Source of the DNA: a virus
Taxonomy: Duplodnaviria > Caudoviricetes
IMG/VR virus record: IMGVR_UViG_3300024272_002379
Strand: one strand, 5' to 3'
Length of the DNA: 64,000 nt
Shown here: in pieces, positions 26,344 to 37,799 of the stretch
How the letters are laid out: every line of letters begins with the position of its first letter
Position numbering within the stretch: the first letter of the stretch is position 1
The notes under the pieces: model-generated
The model's input: the letters and a program-made list of their open reading frames with translations, nothing else
Databases searched by the model: none
Told to the model about the DNA's origin: nothing
Made by a program: the position numbers and the translations under genes

Positions 26344-28133
26344 ATGTTAACAATAACCCAATTGCCGAATAAAAAGTTAAGCATCAAGGCAGATTACTTT
26401 TATCGACAAAGAATCAAAGAGATTCCAACAGCTACTTTTGATTCCGTTACAAGACAATGGATAATCGAAGATTTCATGCTTGGTACATTAGAGCATCATT
26501 TTAATGGTGAGCTGGTATATAAAACTCCTCGATGGGTTATTCTTAACCAGTCTATGCCAGATATGTCTGCTATGTATCAAATATCAGATGCATCCATAAC
26601 AGCTCCTCAGTTAAAACTAAAACCATATGATTATCAAGATTATGGTATTCGTTTTATGATAGACAAAATATTACAGAAAGGATTTGTTCTAAACGCAGAC
26701 GACGTTGGATTGGGAAAAACAATTCAGACCATTGCAACGTTAAAATGGTTTATAGAAAATCGTGGCGTTAGAAAAATACTTATCATCTGTAAGAAGTCTA
26801 TTAAGAAACAATGGCTTGATGAAATTCAAAAGTTTACAGATTTAGGCAACGTTTTTGTAATGGAGCGTACTGGCACAACTCCAGCTCAACGTAAAAAGTC
26901 ATATGATGCATTTAATAATGCTTCTGATGCAATCCTGGTTACAAACTATCATACCTTTTTAAATGACACAAACTTATTCCAAAACATGAATATAGATTTT
27001 GTAGTTATTGACGAAGTACATAGTGTTAAGGCTAGGACTGGCAAACTGAATAATAATATTTCAAAGATTACAATGGGAAAACCCACTGTATTCTTAACAG
27101 GTACTCCAATTATGTCTAAGCCAGAAGATATCTTTGGCATTGTACAAATGGTAGCACCTAAATATTTTGGTAAATGGACAGATTTTAGCGATACTTCTTA
27201 ACCATTGACCGTAATGGTAGATTTGGAGTAAGAGTTGTTGGAGCTAAAAACCTTGATATTTTAAGAAATATGGTGCAAGATATTGTTATAAGACGTACTG
27301 AGTACGAAGTATCTATTCAGTTGCCAAAAACCCTTATTAACGAAATGAGATGCACAATGGATTCTGTGCAAGAAAGTCTGTTGATGGAAATACAAAAGAC
27401 TCAAGATACAATAGCAGAATCACTGGATAAACTAAAAGTAAATGGAGTTATTCCAGATTATCATCAGGAAAAAGCAGGTCAGTTAGAGGCTAAATCTAAA
27501 GGATTGATTGCTGCTAGACAAGCAGCATCTACAGACCCTAGATTGTTCTTAATGAGTTATTCTAAAATGATGAAAGATACATTTGGAAAACTCGTACCAT
27601 CATCATATAAGATGTCTAGTAAGGTAGAATCCATTCTTGATGTAGTTGAAGATATCCTTGCAAACGGAGATAAGGTAATCTTATTTACTAAGTTTAGAAC
27701 TTGTGCTGAAATGATTGCTAATGATATTCGAAAGGAATTGAAAGAAAACGTTCTTCTATATACAGGTGCCGAATCAGAAACAGATAGAGAAATGAATGTA
27801 GATTTCTTCAAGAATACAACCATTTACAATATCTTGATTGGTACTGAAGCAATGGCGGAAGGTTTAAATCTTCAGTGTGCCAAATATGTCATTAATATTG
27901 ACCAACCAGACACTCTTGCTATCAAAACACAGCGTATTGGTAGAGCGAGAAGAGCAGGTTCTCAGTTTAACAATGTAATTGTATATGATATGATTACATC
28001 AAGCACAGATAAGGCACACTCAAAAGATGAAGAAAGACTTCAGAATATCATGAACAATCAGGATTTAACAGATGCATTGGTATCAATAGATGAAGCTCAA
28101 CGTCAAGCATTAATAGAAGCTATGAGGAGGTAA
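26344..28133 (+). pseudogene. SNF2-family helicase interrupted by a 1-nt frameshift near 27190
   Basis: ORF1 DDVGLGKT, DEVH, TGTP; ORF2 AEGLNLQ, QRIGRARR; second frame is open back to the junction. Confidence 0.8.
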
Positions 28134-28303
28134 AACATGGTTCAAACAGTTGGAGAAATCATAGAAGAACTCATAAGTGTTAAGGATAGACTTTCACCAG
28201 ATTTATGGGGAACAGAAATAGATGCTATCAATAATGCTTGTAATATTCTTAATCATAATTTTGATAGAATGGTCACTTCAGATAAGTTAACGGAGGTTTA
28301 GGT

Positions 28304-28651
28304 ATGAGAGTAATAGGTATATCAACAGGATATACTCCAGGAGTATACATTATATGGGAAGTTCCACATGAAAACATTACAGGATACGAAGTGTATCGTA
28401 ATGGACAAATGATTGCTTCATCATTATTGGAATCTGAAGAAGAAAGAGCTGAATTTGTTCAGCCTACAGTATTTGACCATGACCATCAAACAAATCTTTT
28501 CAAAAAAGACTCTATTTTTAAACTGATGTACGTCGATGAAGATGTGCATAGATATCAGTTTTATGAGTATAAAGTAGTAGCAAAAAGAATTGTAGATGGT
28601 GTTGTCATGGAAGAAATAACATCTAACGATGTTCATATCACAGCGAATTAG
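28304..28651 (+). CDS. fibronectin type III-like protein
   Basis: IIW..ITGYEVYRNG..YVD..YEYKVVA. Confidence 0.55.
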   Translation: MRVIGISTGYTPGVYIIWEVPHENITGYEVYRNGQMIASSLLESEEERAEFVQPTVFDHDHQTNLFKKDSIFKLMYVDEDVHRYQFYEYKVVAKRIVDGVVMEEITSNDVHITAN

Positions 28652-28662
28652 GAGAAAACACG

Positions 28663-29202
28663 ATGTTAAATGATATATTTGCAAAGTATGTCAAACCAGC
28701 ATCCAAAAATGAATCCCTAGTGAACGAAAGTATATGTGAGAAATGTGGCGGAGATTGTTGTAAAACAATGGGATGCCACATTTCTCCTTTTGATTTAAGG
28801 GAAATTTCAGAACAATCCATCATTAACTTTATAGATGAAACAGGATGCGTATCTATAGATTGGTGGGAAGGCAACCCTATTACAAATGAACATGACGGAA
28901 CAAAAGGATTTTATCTACGCATTAGAAATGTAAATAGTGCGATAGTTGACCCAGCATACAAACGCCAATGTTCTATTTTGACAGATAAAGGATGCCCTCT
29001 TGCTTTTGAGTATAGACCAAAAGGAGCAAGAGAATTGGTTCCAGGCTTGTTGCAATGTAGCCCAGATTATTCTAAGCAACAATGTGCTATTGACTGGTAT
29101 CAATATATAGACATCTTATCGAATGTTTATGATTATTATGTTTCAAAAGGAGAAGTAGCATCTCCAGATTTTGATTGGATTATTGAGATGTTAGGGTTAT
29201 GA
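28663..29202 (+). CDS. YkgJ-like Cys-cluster protein
   Basis: CEKCGGDCC..CSIL..GC..RP. Confidence 0.7.
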   Translation: MLNDIFAKYVKPASKNESLVNESICEKCGGDCCKTMGCHISPFDLREISEQSIINFIDETGCVSIDWWEGNPITNEHDGTKGFYLRIRNVNSAIVDPAYKRQCSILTDKGCPLAFEYRPKGARELVPGLLQCSPDYSKQQCAIDWYQYIDILSNVYDYYVSKGEVASPDFDWIIEMLGL

Positions 29203-29537
29203 TGGATAAAGTAGAGAAATTTATTTCAGGAATGAAAGAAGTGTTCCCTGAAGAATTAGAATTTACTTTCTACAGAGGATATTGTTACTGGTTTGCATTT
29301 ATTCTTGCGGAAAGGTTTAAGGGAGATATTTGGTTCAACTCAAAGACCGTTCATTTTGCTACGAAAATAGATGGACAGTTGTATGATATATTTGGAAAAG
29401 TAAAGCTTGGTATTTGCCCCGTAAACGGTGAAGATGATTACAGTGAAAACGATTGGTCAAGCTGGGCAGATTACCAAATTTCACATCACGATGTAGTTGA
29501 ATCAATAGTAAATTCCTGCATAAAAAAGACATGTTAA
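29199..29537 (+). CDS. conserved phage protein
   Basis: GYCYWFA..HF..LYDI.G. Confidence 0.7.
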   Translation: MMDKVEKFISGMKEVFPEELEFTFYRGYCYWFAFILAERFKGDIWFNSKTVHFATKIDGQLYDIFGKVKLGICPVNGEDDYSENDWSSWADYQISHHDVVESIVNSCIKKTC

Positions 29538-29896
29538 AGAAAATATACGACAGTAATGGAATTATGACAATAATTGATACACAAACTGGTCAAAAATATA
29601 GTGAGTTTGAGTATGATGATTTTCAAACCGATAGTTATTTGTCAGATGATGGAGTTATATCATCTCTGGCCCCACCAACAGCAGAAGAACTAGGACGCCA
29701 AGTAGTTTTTATGCAAAAAAGAATAGCTGATTTAGAATACGAAATACGGCGATTAGGTCGTGCAGTTCATTCAGATATGGAGTTTCTTGATAACAAAGTC
29801 ATTGAAATAGAGGACAGAGTACAAGAGCATACAGGTTCATTTCATGCAATGCTTATATGCGGAAAGGATAATTCAAATGAAAGTAATATTTCTTGA
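29531..29896 (+). CDS. hypothetical protein
   Basis: ORF, coupled. Confidence 0.6.
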   Translation: MLKKIYDSNGIMTIIDTQTGQKYSEFEYDDFQTDSYLSDDGVISSLAPPTAEELGRQVVFMQKRIADLEYEIRRLGRAVHSDMEFLDNKVIEIEDRVQEHTGSFHAMLICGKDNSNESNIS

Positions 29897-30440
29897 TGTT
29901 GATGGAGTGTTAAATTCAGAGTATTGGTATAAGAAAAATCATGAAAAACATCCCGAATTATGCCGTGTAGATACAGCAATTGACCCACGATATGTGCGTA
30001 ATTTAAGAAAAATTGTAAAACGTACAGGAGCTAAAATCGTATTATCTGCTACCTGTCGTGGTGTTGTCCGCAAGGATAAAACGCATTATTTGCACAAGAT
30101 TCTTAAAAAATACGGACTGGAAATCTACGATTATACACTACGATTAAGTGGAGAACGAGGTTATGAAATTCAAGATTGGCTTGATAAACATAAAGATGTA
30201 ACTAATATTGTAATTCTGGATGATGATTCAGATATGTTACATCTTTCTAAGTATCTAGTACAAACTTTAAGTGGACCATACATTAAAAAGAAAGATGGTA
30301 CAGAAAAAAGGGATACTTCACCATTTGGCTGGTTAAGAGAAGGTCTAAGCTTCAAGGCAACTCGACAAGCTATTAAAATGCTTCGTCGTCCATATGTAAA
30401 TATTTATGCCACCAAGAGTGTGCATCGTAAAAGTTTTTAA
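29877..30440 (+). CDS. HAD phosphatase (Swiss-army-knife RNA-repair-like)
   Basis: FLDVDGVLN, IVLS, ILDDDSDM. Confidence 0.85.
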   Translation: MKVIFLDVDGVLNSEYWYKKNHEKHPELCRVDTAIDPRYVRNLRKIVKRTGAKIVLSATCRGVVRKDKTHYLHKILKKYGLEIYDYTLRLSGERGYEIQDWLDKHKDVTNIVILDDDSDMLHLSKYLVQTLSGPYIKKKDGTEKRDTSPFGWLREGLSFKATRQAIKMLRRPYVNIYATKSVHRKSF

Positions 30441-30492
30441 TAACTCCCTAACGGGAGTTATTTGGTTATAAAACTTAGGAAGGAGAATAAAA

Positions 30493-31242
30493 ATGTTCGA
30501 TTTACAAATTGCAAGCATCGAATTAAAAATGCCTGTGCAAGATTTTGAAACAGCATTACGTGATTGTATTGATGATTATCACGAAGACATGGATTATGCA
30601 ATAAAACCAATGAGAACAAGACATGGTAAAAACATGTATAAAATCACCATTGACAATACACAGAGTTCAACAATCGAAATTGTTGGTGAGCAGGATGATG
30701 TATCTGGTGATATTTATTTGCATCCATTCAAACTTTCAAATATGAACGAAAGTTTTTACAAAGTCAATTACAGTGATTCAAGTATTGCAGGAACAGATTC
30801 AGACCCAAGTATGTTCTTTTGTCATGCGATGAATGAAATCTGTAGAAATCAAAAAGGTAGTTTTGCTTATATCGACGCTAAAGGAAACACAACCATTATA
30901 AGAGATGGTTCAACAAAGAGAGGCTCATCAGTTGCTCTGGTAGATTCAGAAGGCAACGTTTATTCATGCGTCGGAGCAAAAAGTGTAAAAGGCGTAACAG
31001 ATAGTTCGGATTTCACTGTTAGAAAACCAATTAATGAATGGCTGGGAGAAAACCCAGAAGTACAAAGAGCAATCGCCAAATTACCATTAGCAGATAAAAT
31101 GAATTACATTGGCAAATATCTTATCAGTGCAAAGCTGAATGAAGAAATTGACGCCGACGAATTTACAGATATATTCTGTCAAGCAGGTTTATTTGGATTC
31201 ACAGAACAGTCTGTGTTAAATATTTATAAGTTAATTATGTAG
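30493..31242 (+). CDS. hypothetical protein
   Basis: RBS. Confidence 0.7.
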   Translation: MFDLQIASIELKMPVQDFETALRDCIDDYHEDMDYAIKPMRTRHGKNMYKITIDNTQSSTIEIVGEQDDVSGDIYLHPFKLSNMNESFYKVNYSDSSIAGTDSDPSMFFCHAMNEICRNQKGSFAYIDAKGNTTIIRDGSTKRGSSVALVDSEGNVYSCVGAKSVKGVTDSSDFTVRKPINEWLGENPEVQRAIAKLPLADKMNYIGKYLISAKLNEEIDADEFTDIFCQAGLFGFTEQSVLNIYKLIM

Positions 31243-31256
31243 TGGAGGAATTAATT

Positions 31257-31646
31257 ATGCAAAATTTAGATGTAAGATATTTTGTTGACGAAGAAAAGAA
31301 AATCGTTGTATGTAAAATCGAGTGTTGCTGTCACGAGCTGATTATTGATATGGCTCGTAAAGGATGGCCTGGAGATGAAGCATTATTGCTTAACCACTGT
31401 TACACTGGCAAAGCAAAGTGTTCTTCTGAAGATACATTTGATGTTGAACTCGGTAAGAAAATCGCATTCAAACGTGCTATTGCAAAATTAAATGTAGCGA
31501 AGAAGAGAACATTAACAAGATTCATTTCAGAATTCGCAAAAGTTCAGGCGAAATTAGAAAAAGACGCTAAAGCTTTAGCGGACAAGTATGAAACAACAGC
31601 GACTCGACAGGAAGAGTCTATTGCACATATGTTAAAGGAGGTATAA
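31257..31646 (+). CDS. conserved phage protein
   Basis: GKAKC..DTFDVELGKKIAF.RA. Confidence 0.7.
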   Translation: MQNLDVRYFVDEEKKIVVCKIECCCHELIIDMARKGWPGDEALLLNHCYTGKAKCSSEDTFDVELGKKIAFKRAIAKLNVAKKRTLTRFISEFAKVQAKLEKDAKALADKYETTATRQEESIAHMLKEV

Positions 31647-31650
31647 CAGA

Positions 31651-33036
31651 ATGGCATCAGCATCTAGCAATTTAGATTTCAGCGGTTTTGATGATTTATT
31701 TAAGGACATGGGTGTAAGCGAAAGCCCTTCTAATGCTGCTATGGAAGCATCAATCGCAAATGAGCAGAATGTTACAGCACAGCCAGTGCAGGTTGATGGA
31801 ATTCAGATTCAGAATGTAAATGCACCTATTAATCCAGCACTTGTTCAGTCTGGTCAGGTGAAAATGCAGCAGATTTTCGTAGAAATGAACAATCTTTTCG
31901 TAGAAAGAGATACATTGATTAAGTTAATGCAGTTAGCTGTTGTTACAGGTACTAACCTTTTAATGTTAGGCCCTCCTGGTACTGCTAAATCAGCTATTAC
32001 TTATGAACTTTGCGGTAGAGTAGAAAATGCTAACTACTTCCAGTGGATGTTAAATAAGACTTCTGACCCATCAGAAGTATTTGGTCCATTCTCTGTTAAA
32101 GAAATGGAAAATGATAAATTCATGCGTATTACAACAGGTAAGTTACCTGAGGCACATATTGCGTTCATGGATGAGGTATTTAAATCAAATGCCCCTACCT
32201 TAAATGCATTGTTAACTATTATGAATGAACATATCTTCTACAACGACGGTAAGCCACAGCCTGTTCCGTTAATCTCTATGTTCGGTGCTTCTAATGAGCC
32301 ACCAGAAGATGAAACTTTGGATGCTATGTACGACCGTTTCATTTTCCGTATCAATGTTCAGTACATTCATGATGCAGCTAACAAAAAGCGTATGCACGCT
32401 AACTATGTAGACAACAGAGCTGGTTTACTCGGTCTTGCAGGTAAGACTACAATTACTTTAGCTGAATTACAGGCTTTACAGGAAGCTTCTAAATCAGTAA
32501 AAGTTCCAAAAGATATTATCAACAAGTTCATTCGTCTTATCAGTGATTTAGACCGTCAGGCTATTCACGTATCTGATAGACGTCAGAATGAATGTTTCAA
32601 GGTAATGCAGGGTAACGCAGTTCTTGCAGGTAGAAACGTAGTAGGTCTTGATGACTTTAAATCTCTCATCTATGTATTATGGGAGAAAGAAGAGCACATT
32701 CCTATGATTGAATCTGCAATTCTTAAGATGGTTAATCCTTATGATGACCGCTTCAAAGAACTTAAAGAGAACTTCAGTCAGGTTAAGACAGATATCGACA
32801 GCATCTCAGATTCATCTCAGAAATCTAAGAAAGCAATCGAATCTAAGGGTGTAATCGAGAAAATCGTAAGCAAGACAAACAAGCTCATCAACGAAGCATC
32901 TAAGAATGGTAAAGATGTAACTGAATTTACAGAGTTCAGAGATGAAATGATTCAGTACAATCAGAAATTAATCTCTGCTGCTCTCGGTACTGCATTCGGT
33001 GGCTTTGGTGATGATGATAGCGATAGTCCCTGGTAA
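31651..33036 (+). CDS. MoxR/RavA-type AAA+ ATPase
   Basis: GPPGTAKS, EVFGP, FMDEVFK, ASNE, YDRF, SDRR. Confidence 0.92.
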   Translation: MASASSNLDFSGFDDLFKDMGVSESPSNAAMEASIANEQNVTAQPVQVDGIQIQNVNAPINPALVQSGQVKMQQIFVEMNNLFVERDTLIKLMQLAVVTGTNLLMLGPPGTAKSAITYELCGRVENANYFQWMLNKTSDPSEVFGPFSVKEMENDKFMRITTGKLPEAHIAFMDEVFKSNAPTLNALLTIMNEHIFYNDGKPQPVPLISMFGASNEPPEDETLDAMYDRFIFRINVQYIHDAANKKRMHANYVDNRAGLLGLAGKTTITLAELQALQEASKSVKVPKDIINKFIRLISDLDRQAIHVSDRRQNECFKVMQGNAVLAGRNVVGLDDFKSLIYVLWEKEEHIPMIESAILKMVNPYDDRFKELKENFSQVKTDIDSISDSSQKSKKAIESKGVIEKIVSKTNKLINEASKNGKDVTEFTEFRDEMIQYNQKLISAALGTAFGGFGDDDSDSPW

Positions 33037-33121
33037 TTCGCTAAAATATACGACAACATTTACCATTAACAACAATGCAGTTGTTAATATGACTTTTTAT
33101 TAACCAGAAAGGGAAAAATAA

Positions 33122-34957
33122 ATGGGAAACTTAGACAATTTAGGTTTTGATGAATTATTGGAAGAACTTGATGAGATTGCAAATATCTCACAGTCTTCTG
33201 TTTCAACAAACAGTGTTTCGCCAGCTCAGAAAAAGGTTGGTGGTTTTCAGGATATGTCATCAGAAGAAATTGAGCAGTTTCAGAGTTCCCAGGAATATAA
33301 AGAGTATAAAGCAGATATTGAAGAGGCTGTAAGTACACCTGCAAATTTTAAAGGTAAGACTGTTCAGGAAATTATGGGTTTATCCAATAGAAAAGATACT
33401 ATTGGATATTCCTATAATGCATTGGAGCATTATGATGTTGACATTGACATCTATCAGGACATTGTTGACCAGTCACCTGTTATGCAACAGACGTTGGAAG
33501 AGGGCGAGGAACTTCTTCCAACGTTTAAGTATTTACATCAAGATATCTTCTTAAGTCTTTATAAGTATAAAGCAAGAGTACTTCCTGAGACAGAAATGCA
33601 CATTTCTACACGTATGAATCGTGGTATTATTAGTAATTTGATTAACACACCAGAGTATATCTCATTGCGTCAGACTTGTCGTATGGACCAGTTTAATGCT
33701 GCATTAGGTACAGAGATTATTGGTAGAGAAGCTATTGACATTCTAAGAGAAGCCATTGATAAAATCAAAGACCTTCAGAAAAAGAAAGATGCAATGGACA
33801 GACTTCTTGAAGAAGAAGAAAAGATGGATGCTCTCATGGAAGAAATTGGCGATATTGATGAGCTAATCGAAGATGCTAAGCGTCAGGGTAATGGTGCTTA
33901 TGCCGCTCAGCTTGCTGCTGATAGACAAGCTAAAGAAGAGGCCGTTGCTCGACTTAAAGCAATGGCTAACAAGATTGCTGAAGAATGTGACGAACTTCTT
34001 GATGATGATGAATTAGCATCTGAAGTAAGTACTGTTATGGGTAGTACATTATCCCAGACAGGTCAGGAAGTACAGGAAGTATCTGACTTATGTCAGGCAT
34101 GGGGATTAGGTACTGGTGAAAACTGTCACGTTGCTTTCCAGAACAAGAAAGATGCAATTGAGCGTATTAGACGTTCCTCTAAATTAAATAAGCTTACTGA
34201 TTTAGTTGGTAGATTTAAAGAATCTGCCATTACTGAACAGAAAAAGAAAGCTAAACATGGTGCAGTTGAAATTAAATCTGTAACTGTTGGTAGTAGAGTA
34301 GAAGATACATTACCTTCAGACAGAATGAATCTTTGCAATGACACAACAAAGAAAGATTTCTATCGTCGTATGACAGAAAATCAGTTGATGACATACAGCA
34401 AAGAGGCACACAAACAGAAGAACAAAGGTCCAATTATCGTATGTGTTGATACTTCTGGTTCAATGCAGGGTGATGAGGAAATCTGGAGTAAAGCTCTTAC
34501 TGTAGGTATTCTTGAAGTTGCTCAGATGCAGAAACGTGACTTTGCTTGTATTATTTACAGTAGTCATGCTGACGCACCAATTGTTATCAAGAAAGATGAA
34601 ATTGCTCCTCAGAAGATTATTAATTGTGCCGAACGATTTCATAATGGCGGTACAAGCTTCGAGGCACCATTAAATGAAGCCCTTGAGTTAATTAAGGACT
34701 CAACATTTAAGAATGCTGATATCGTATTCATTACTGACGGTGATTGTTACGTATCAGATAGTTTCAGTCGTAAATTCAAACAGATGAAAGAAGAGAAAGA
34801 CTTTAAGACTCTCGGTGTATTAGTAAACATGGGTAGAGGTCATGTATCTGATAGCAGCTTGAAAGAATTCTGTGATAGTATTACACTAGTTAGTGATATT
34901 GCAGATTTGAAGGATAGTAGTTCAGATGTAAATAAGTCTATCTTTGGTGCATTATAA
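33122..34957 (+). CDS. vWA-domain protein (ViaA-like)
   Basis: MIDAS DTSGS, GGTSF, FITDG. Confidence 0.9.
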   Translation: MGNLDNLGFDELLEELDEIANISQSSVSTNSVSPAQKKVGGFQDMSSEEIEQFQSSQEYKEYKADIEEAVSTPANFKGKTVQEIMGLSNRKDTIGYSYNALEHYDVDIDIYQDIVDQSPVMQQTLEEGEELLPTFKYLHQDIFLSLYKYKARVLPETEMHISTRMNRGIISNLINTPEYISLRQTCRMDQFNAALGTEIIGREAIDILREAIDKIKDLQKKKDAMDRLLEEEEKMDALMEEIGDIDELIEDAKRQGNGAYAAQLAADRQAKEEAVARLKAMANKIAEECDELLDDDELASEVSTVMGSTLSQTGQEVQEVSDLCQAWGLGTGENCHVAFQNKKDAIERIRRSSKLNKLTDLVGRFKESAITEQKKKAKHGAVEIKSVTVGSRVEDTLPSDRMNLCNDTTKKDFYRRMTENQLMTYSKEAHKQKNKGPIIVCVDTSGSMQGDEEIWSKALTVGILEVAQMQKRDFACIIYSSHADAPIVIKKDEIAPQKIINCAERFHNGGTSFEAPLNEALELIKDSTFKNADIVFITDGDCYVSDSFSRKFKQMKEEKDFKTLGVLVNMGRGHVSDSSLKEFCDSITLVSDIADLKDSSSDVNKSIFGAL

Positions 34958-34973
34958 AATAGGAGGTTATACC

Positions 34974-35573
34974 ATGAAAGCAGATGAAGTTATTTCAAAA
35001 GCCGAGCTTTTTGCAATGGGTTTTATTTCTAAAATTCAGGATAAAAGCGAACAGCCTGGAAGAAGACAGGCATATTTTCTTGACAACCAGGAAGAGTTAA
35101 AATTATACATGGGTGCTTTGCAGAAAATCATTAAAGTGGAAGACGAATCCGCACTTACTGATGATGACCTGGTATTAGTGCAGAGAGCCGAGGAAACTCT
35201 TAGTAAGTTAAAGCTTGCTATGGATGAGTTCCAGAAAGAATTAATCATTCAGGATACAGTTTCAGAAGAAGACACAACAGCGGTCTTTACAGAAGAAACT
35301 CTTAGCAATGCTATGAAGACAAATAAGACTACACAGGAAATTTCCGCAAACATGACAGCAATTGCTGAACAGCAGAAAGCTGCTGCTAATATCGGTTACA
35401 ATTATGCTTTAGTATGTGATGGAGCGATTAACTTAATCGGAGCTCAGGATAAAGCTCAGTTAAACGATTCTATTAATGCTATTGCAAATGCAGGTAATTT
35501 TAAGAGCATCCAGTTGTATGAACTGAAATTTACTCCTGTTCCTCTTAAGAAGAAAACTGTTCTTACAGTGTAA
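34974..35573 (+). CDS. hypothetical protein
   Basis: RBS at 34974. Confidence 0.7.
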   Translation: MKADEVISKAELFAMGFISKIQDKSEQPGRRQAYFLDNQEELKLYMGALQKIIKVEDESALTDDDLVLVQRAEETLSKLKLAMDEFQKELIIQDTVSEEDTTAVFTEETLSNAMKTNKTTQEISANMTAIAEQQKAAANIGYNYALVCDGAINLIGAQDKAQLNDSINAIANAGNFKSIQLYELKFTPVPLKKKTVLTV

Positions 35574-35585
35574 AGAGGTGATTTT

Positions 35586-36563
35586 ATGAGTAATGTTTTG
35601 TGTAAAACAAATCAGGAAATACCACAGGATATGCTCTTAGGAAATCTTTTATTTACAAATTTAATTGATATGCAGATAGCAGACAGTGATTTGTCTGCTA
35701 TCTTTCAAAAGAACAATATTCCTGAGCGTTACGTAAAAAAGATTTCCCCATCAGATGCATTCCGTAGAGCATCAGCCAGCATTAAAAATCGTATCATGTA
35801 CATTACTGCAACCAATGGCAATGGTAATGACAAGGTACGTGTTGAAATTGACGAAATCAAAAGTGATGTGGACTCCATCAAGAGAATTATCGGAATTAAA
35901 AGAGTGAACGAAGTCAGTGAAGACATCACATATGAACCAATGGGTGAAATCATTTTTAACAGAGCAGGTGGTACTTGCGTTGCTACTCCATATTTGGTTC
36001 CTGGTGACGCTGATTATCAGCAGTTTAGAGATTTATGTGACGAAGTAGAAAATAAATACTCCGAATGGTCTGTGTACCACAATAAGGATACGGTAAGAAA
36101 CATTATTAACCGTATTATTGCTGACACTCATCCAGTAAATCTAATGCCAACTGGTTTATGTAAATTTGTTCCGTCAGGTTCTACAGATTTACTTTATCAC
36201 CTTAAAGAAGCATTATCTGATATGTCTCTTTATAGAGCAAAAACATCAAATGGCGGTGATAACATTATGGAAATCATTCCAGTTATCGACACCGAAGAAC
36301 AAAGAGCATTAATCGAAAAGAATTTCACGGCAGAAATTACAGAAGAACTCTTTGGATTCACTCAGGAACTCAAAGAGGTCTTATCCAAAAAACAGACATT
36401 AAGTACACGTACCGCTACAGCTTATGTTGAAAAATTCAACGTATTAAGAAACAAGGCAAAAGAATACGAGAGTTTGTTAGGAATCTATGTTGATTCTATT
36501 TATCAGCAAATTACAGACTCATTAGCCCTTGTTGATGATAACGTAGAGGATGCTACAGAGTAA
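35586..36563 (+). CDS. DUF6744/DUF3150-like protein
   Basis: DAFRRA motif, next to MoxR-vWA. Confidence 0.55.
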   Translation: MSNVLCKTNQEIPQDMLLGNLLFTNLIDMQIADSDLSAIFQKNNIPERYVKKISPSDAFRRASASIKNRIMYITATNGNGNDKVRVEIDEIKSDVDSIKRIIGIKRVNEVSEDITYEPMGEIIFNRAGGTCVATPYLVPGDADYQQFRDLCDEVENKYSEWSVYHNKDTVRNIINRIIADTHPVNLMPTGLCKFVPSGSTDLLYHLKEALSDMSLYRAKTSNGGDNIMEIIPVIDTEEQRALIEKNFTAEITEELFGFTQELKEVLSKKQTLSTRTATAYVEKFNVLRNKAKEYESLLGIYVDSIYQQITDSLALVDDNVEDATE

Positions 36564-36969
36564 TATGTACGAATATATTAAAGGCTCTAAGGTTTTAATG
36601 GAAGAACACATGCTTTCTGCAACTGAACTTGCAAAAATGTATGGTCTTTACACATTAAATAACAATCCTAATGGGTTATTAGTATGTTGCGTTCTTGCGG
36701 ATTATGTTGAGGCTAACAATTTAAATGTAGCTGAATATTATTACCCTCATGGCCGTGGTGTCATGAGGGTATATCCATCTCTTGTGTATAGAAAATCGTT
36801 AACAGATTTTGTGTTCGATTTAGAAGAAGACACAGAATATACTTATGTTACAAAAGGTAAACGTGAGAAACGCAAAATAAATTATAAGTTTAAGAAACAA
36901 AAGTGCGGTACAATTATATCTATGACAGAAAGGAGATATACAAATGTCAGAGAACAAAGAGGTAAATAA
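36550..36969 (+). CDS. hypothetical, possible DNA-binding protein
   Basis: SATELAKMYGL helix. Confidence 0.6.
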   Translation: MLQSNMYEYIKGSKVLMEEHMLSATELAKMYGLYTLNNNPNGLLVCCVLADYVEANNLNVAEYYYPHGRGVMRVYPSLVYRKSLTDFVFDLEEDTEYTYVTKGKREKRKINYKFKKQKCGTIISMTERRYTNVREQRGK

Positions 36970-37741
36970 CAAGGTATGTCCTGATTGTGGCGGAAAAATG
37001 TTCATGGCTACCATTACAAGAAGTTGTGTAGTAGAAGTTATCGCCCCAGAGAAAGAAGGGGAAGAATCTTGTTATAAGATTTTAAAAGAAAACGAAAACA
37101 AATACGATATTAACGTTATTATGTGTGCTAGATGCAGAAAAGAACTCTCAGAAGAAGAGTTGGTTACAGGTGTAAAATGTGTAGAATGCGGTAAAATTGT
37201 TAGCCCAAATGACGTTGATGAGAAAGGTGTTTGCGATGTATGTAACGCAAAGCATCAGCGTGCTGAATTACAGAATGCTTCAAGAGAAGATTTAATCAAA
37301 ATGCTTCTTGATGCAGAAAGAAAAGCAAATCCTGTAGCTTCAAAAATTGAAAAACAGATTCAGAAAGCTACTGAAGTTGAAGTACCTGCTGACCAAACTG
37401 TTGCTGAAGAGATTCCTTCAGAACAGACAACTGAAGAAACTTCAGATGTAAAACCTACAAAAAGAGCAAAAGCTCCAAGAGGAAAGAAAGCAAAAGAAGT
37501 AGTGGAAGATGCTGATACTTCTGTAACTGAAGAATCGGTTACTACAGAAGTTCCAGCAGAAGAACCTACAGAATCAGTTGAAGCAGTAAATGATTTAGCA
37601 AATCAGCAGGAAGCACCATTTCCTGAAATGAATCTTCCAGAAGAATCAACTCCAACTCCTGTTGTTGAAACACCAGTTGCAGAAGAGCCTATTGGTGCTC
37701 CAGGATTTCAAATGTTCGATGATGGAGATGAACCGTTTTAA
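36944..37741 (+). CDS. Zn-ribbon protein with acidic disordered tail
   Basis: four CxxC pairs. Confidence 0.7.
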   Translation: MSENKEVNNKVCPDCGGKMFMATITRSCVVEVIAPEKEGEESCYKILKENENKYDINVIMCARCRKELSEEELVTGVKCVECGKIVSPNDVDEKGVCDVCNAKHQRAELQNASREDLIKMLLDAERKANPVASKIEKQIQKATEVEVPADQTVAEEIPSEQTTEETSDVKPTKRAKAPRGKKAKEVVEDADTSVTEESVTTEVPAEEPTESVEAVNDLANQQEAPFPEMNLPEESTPTPVVETPVAEEPIGAPGFQMFDDGDEPF

Positions 37742-37799
37742 TTAATGTTAATAGGCAGAGATAGTTAATATCTCTGCCTATTATTTATTTCGAAAGGAA

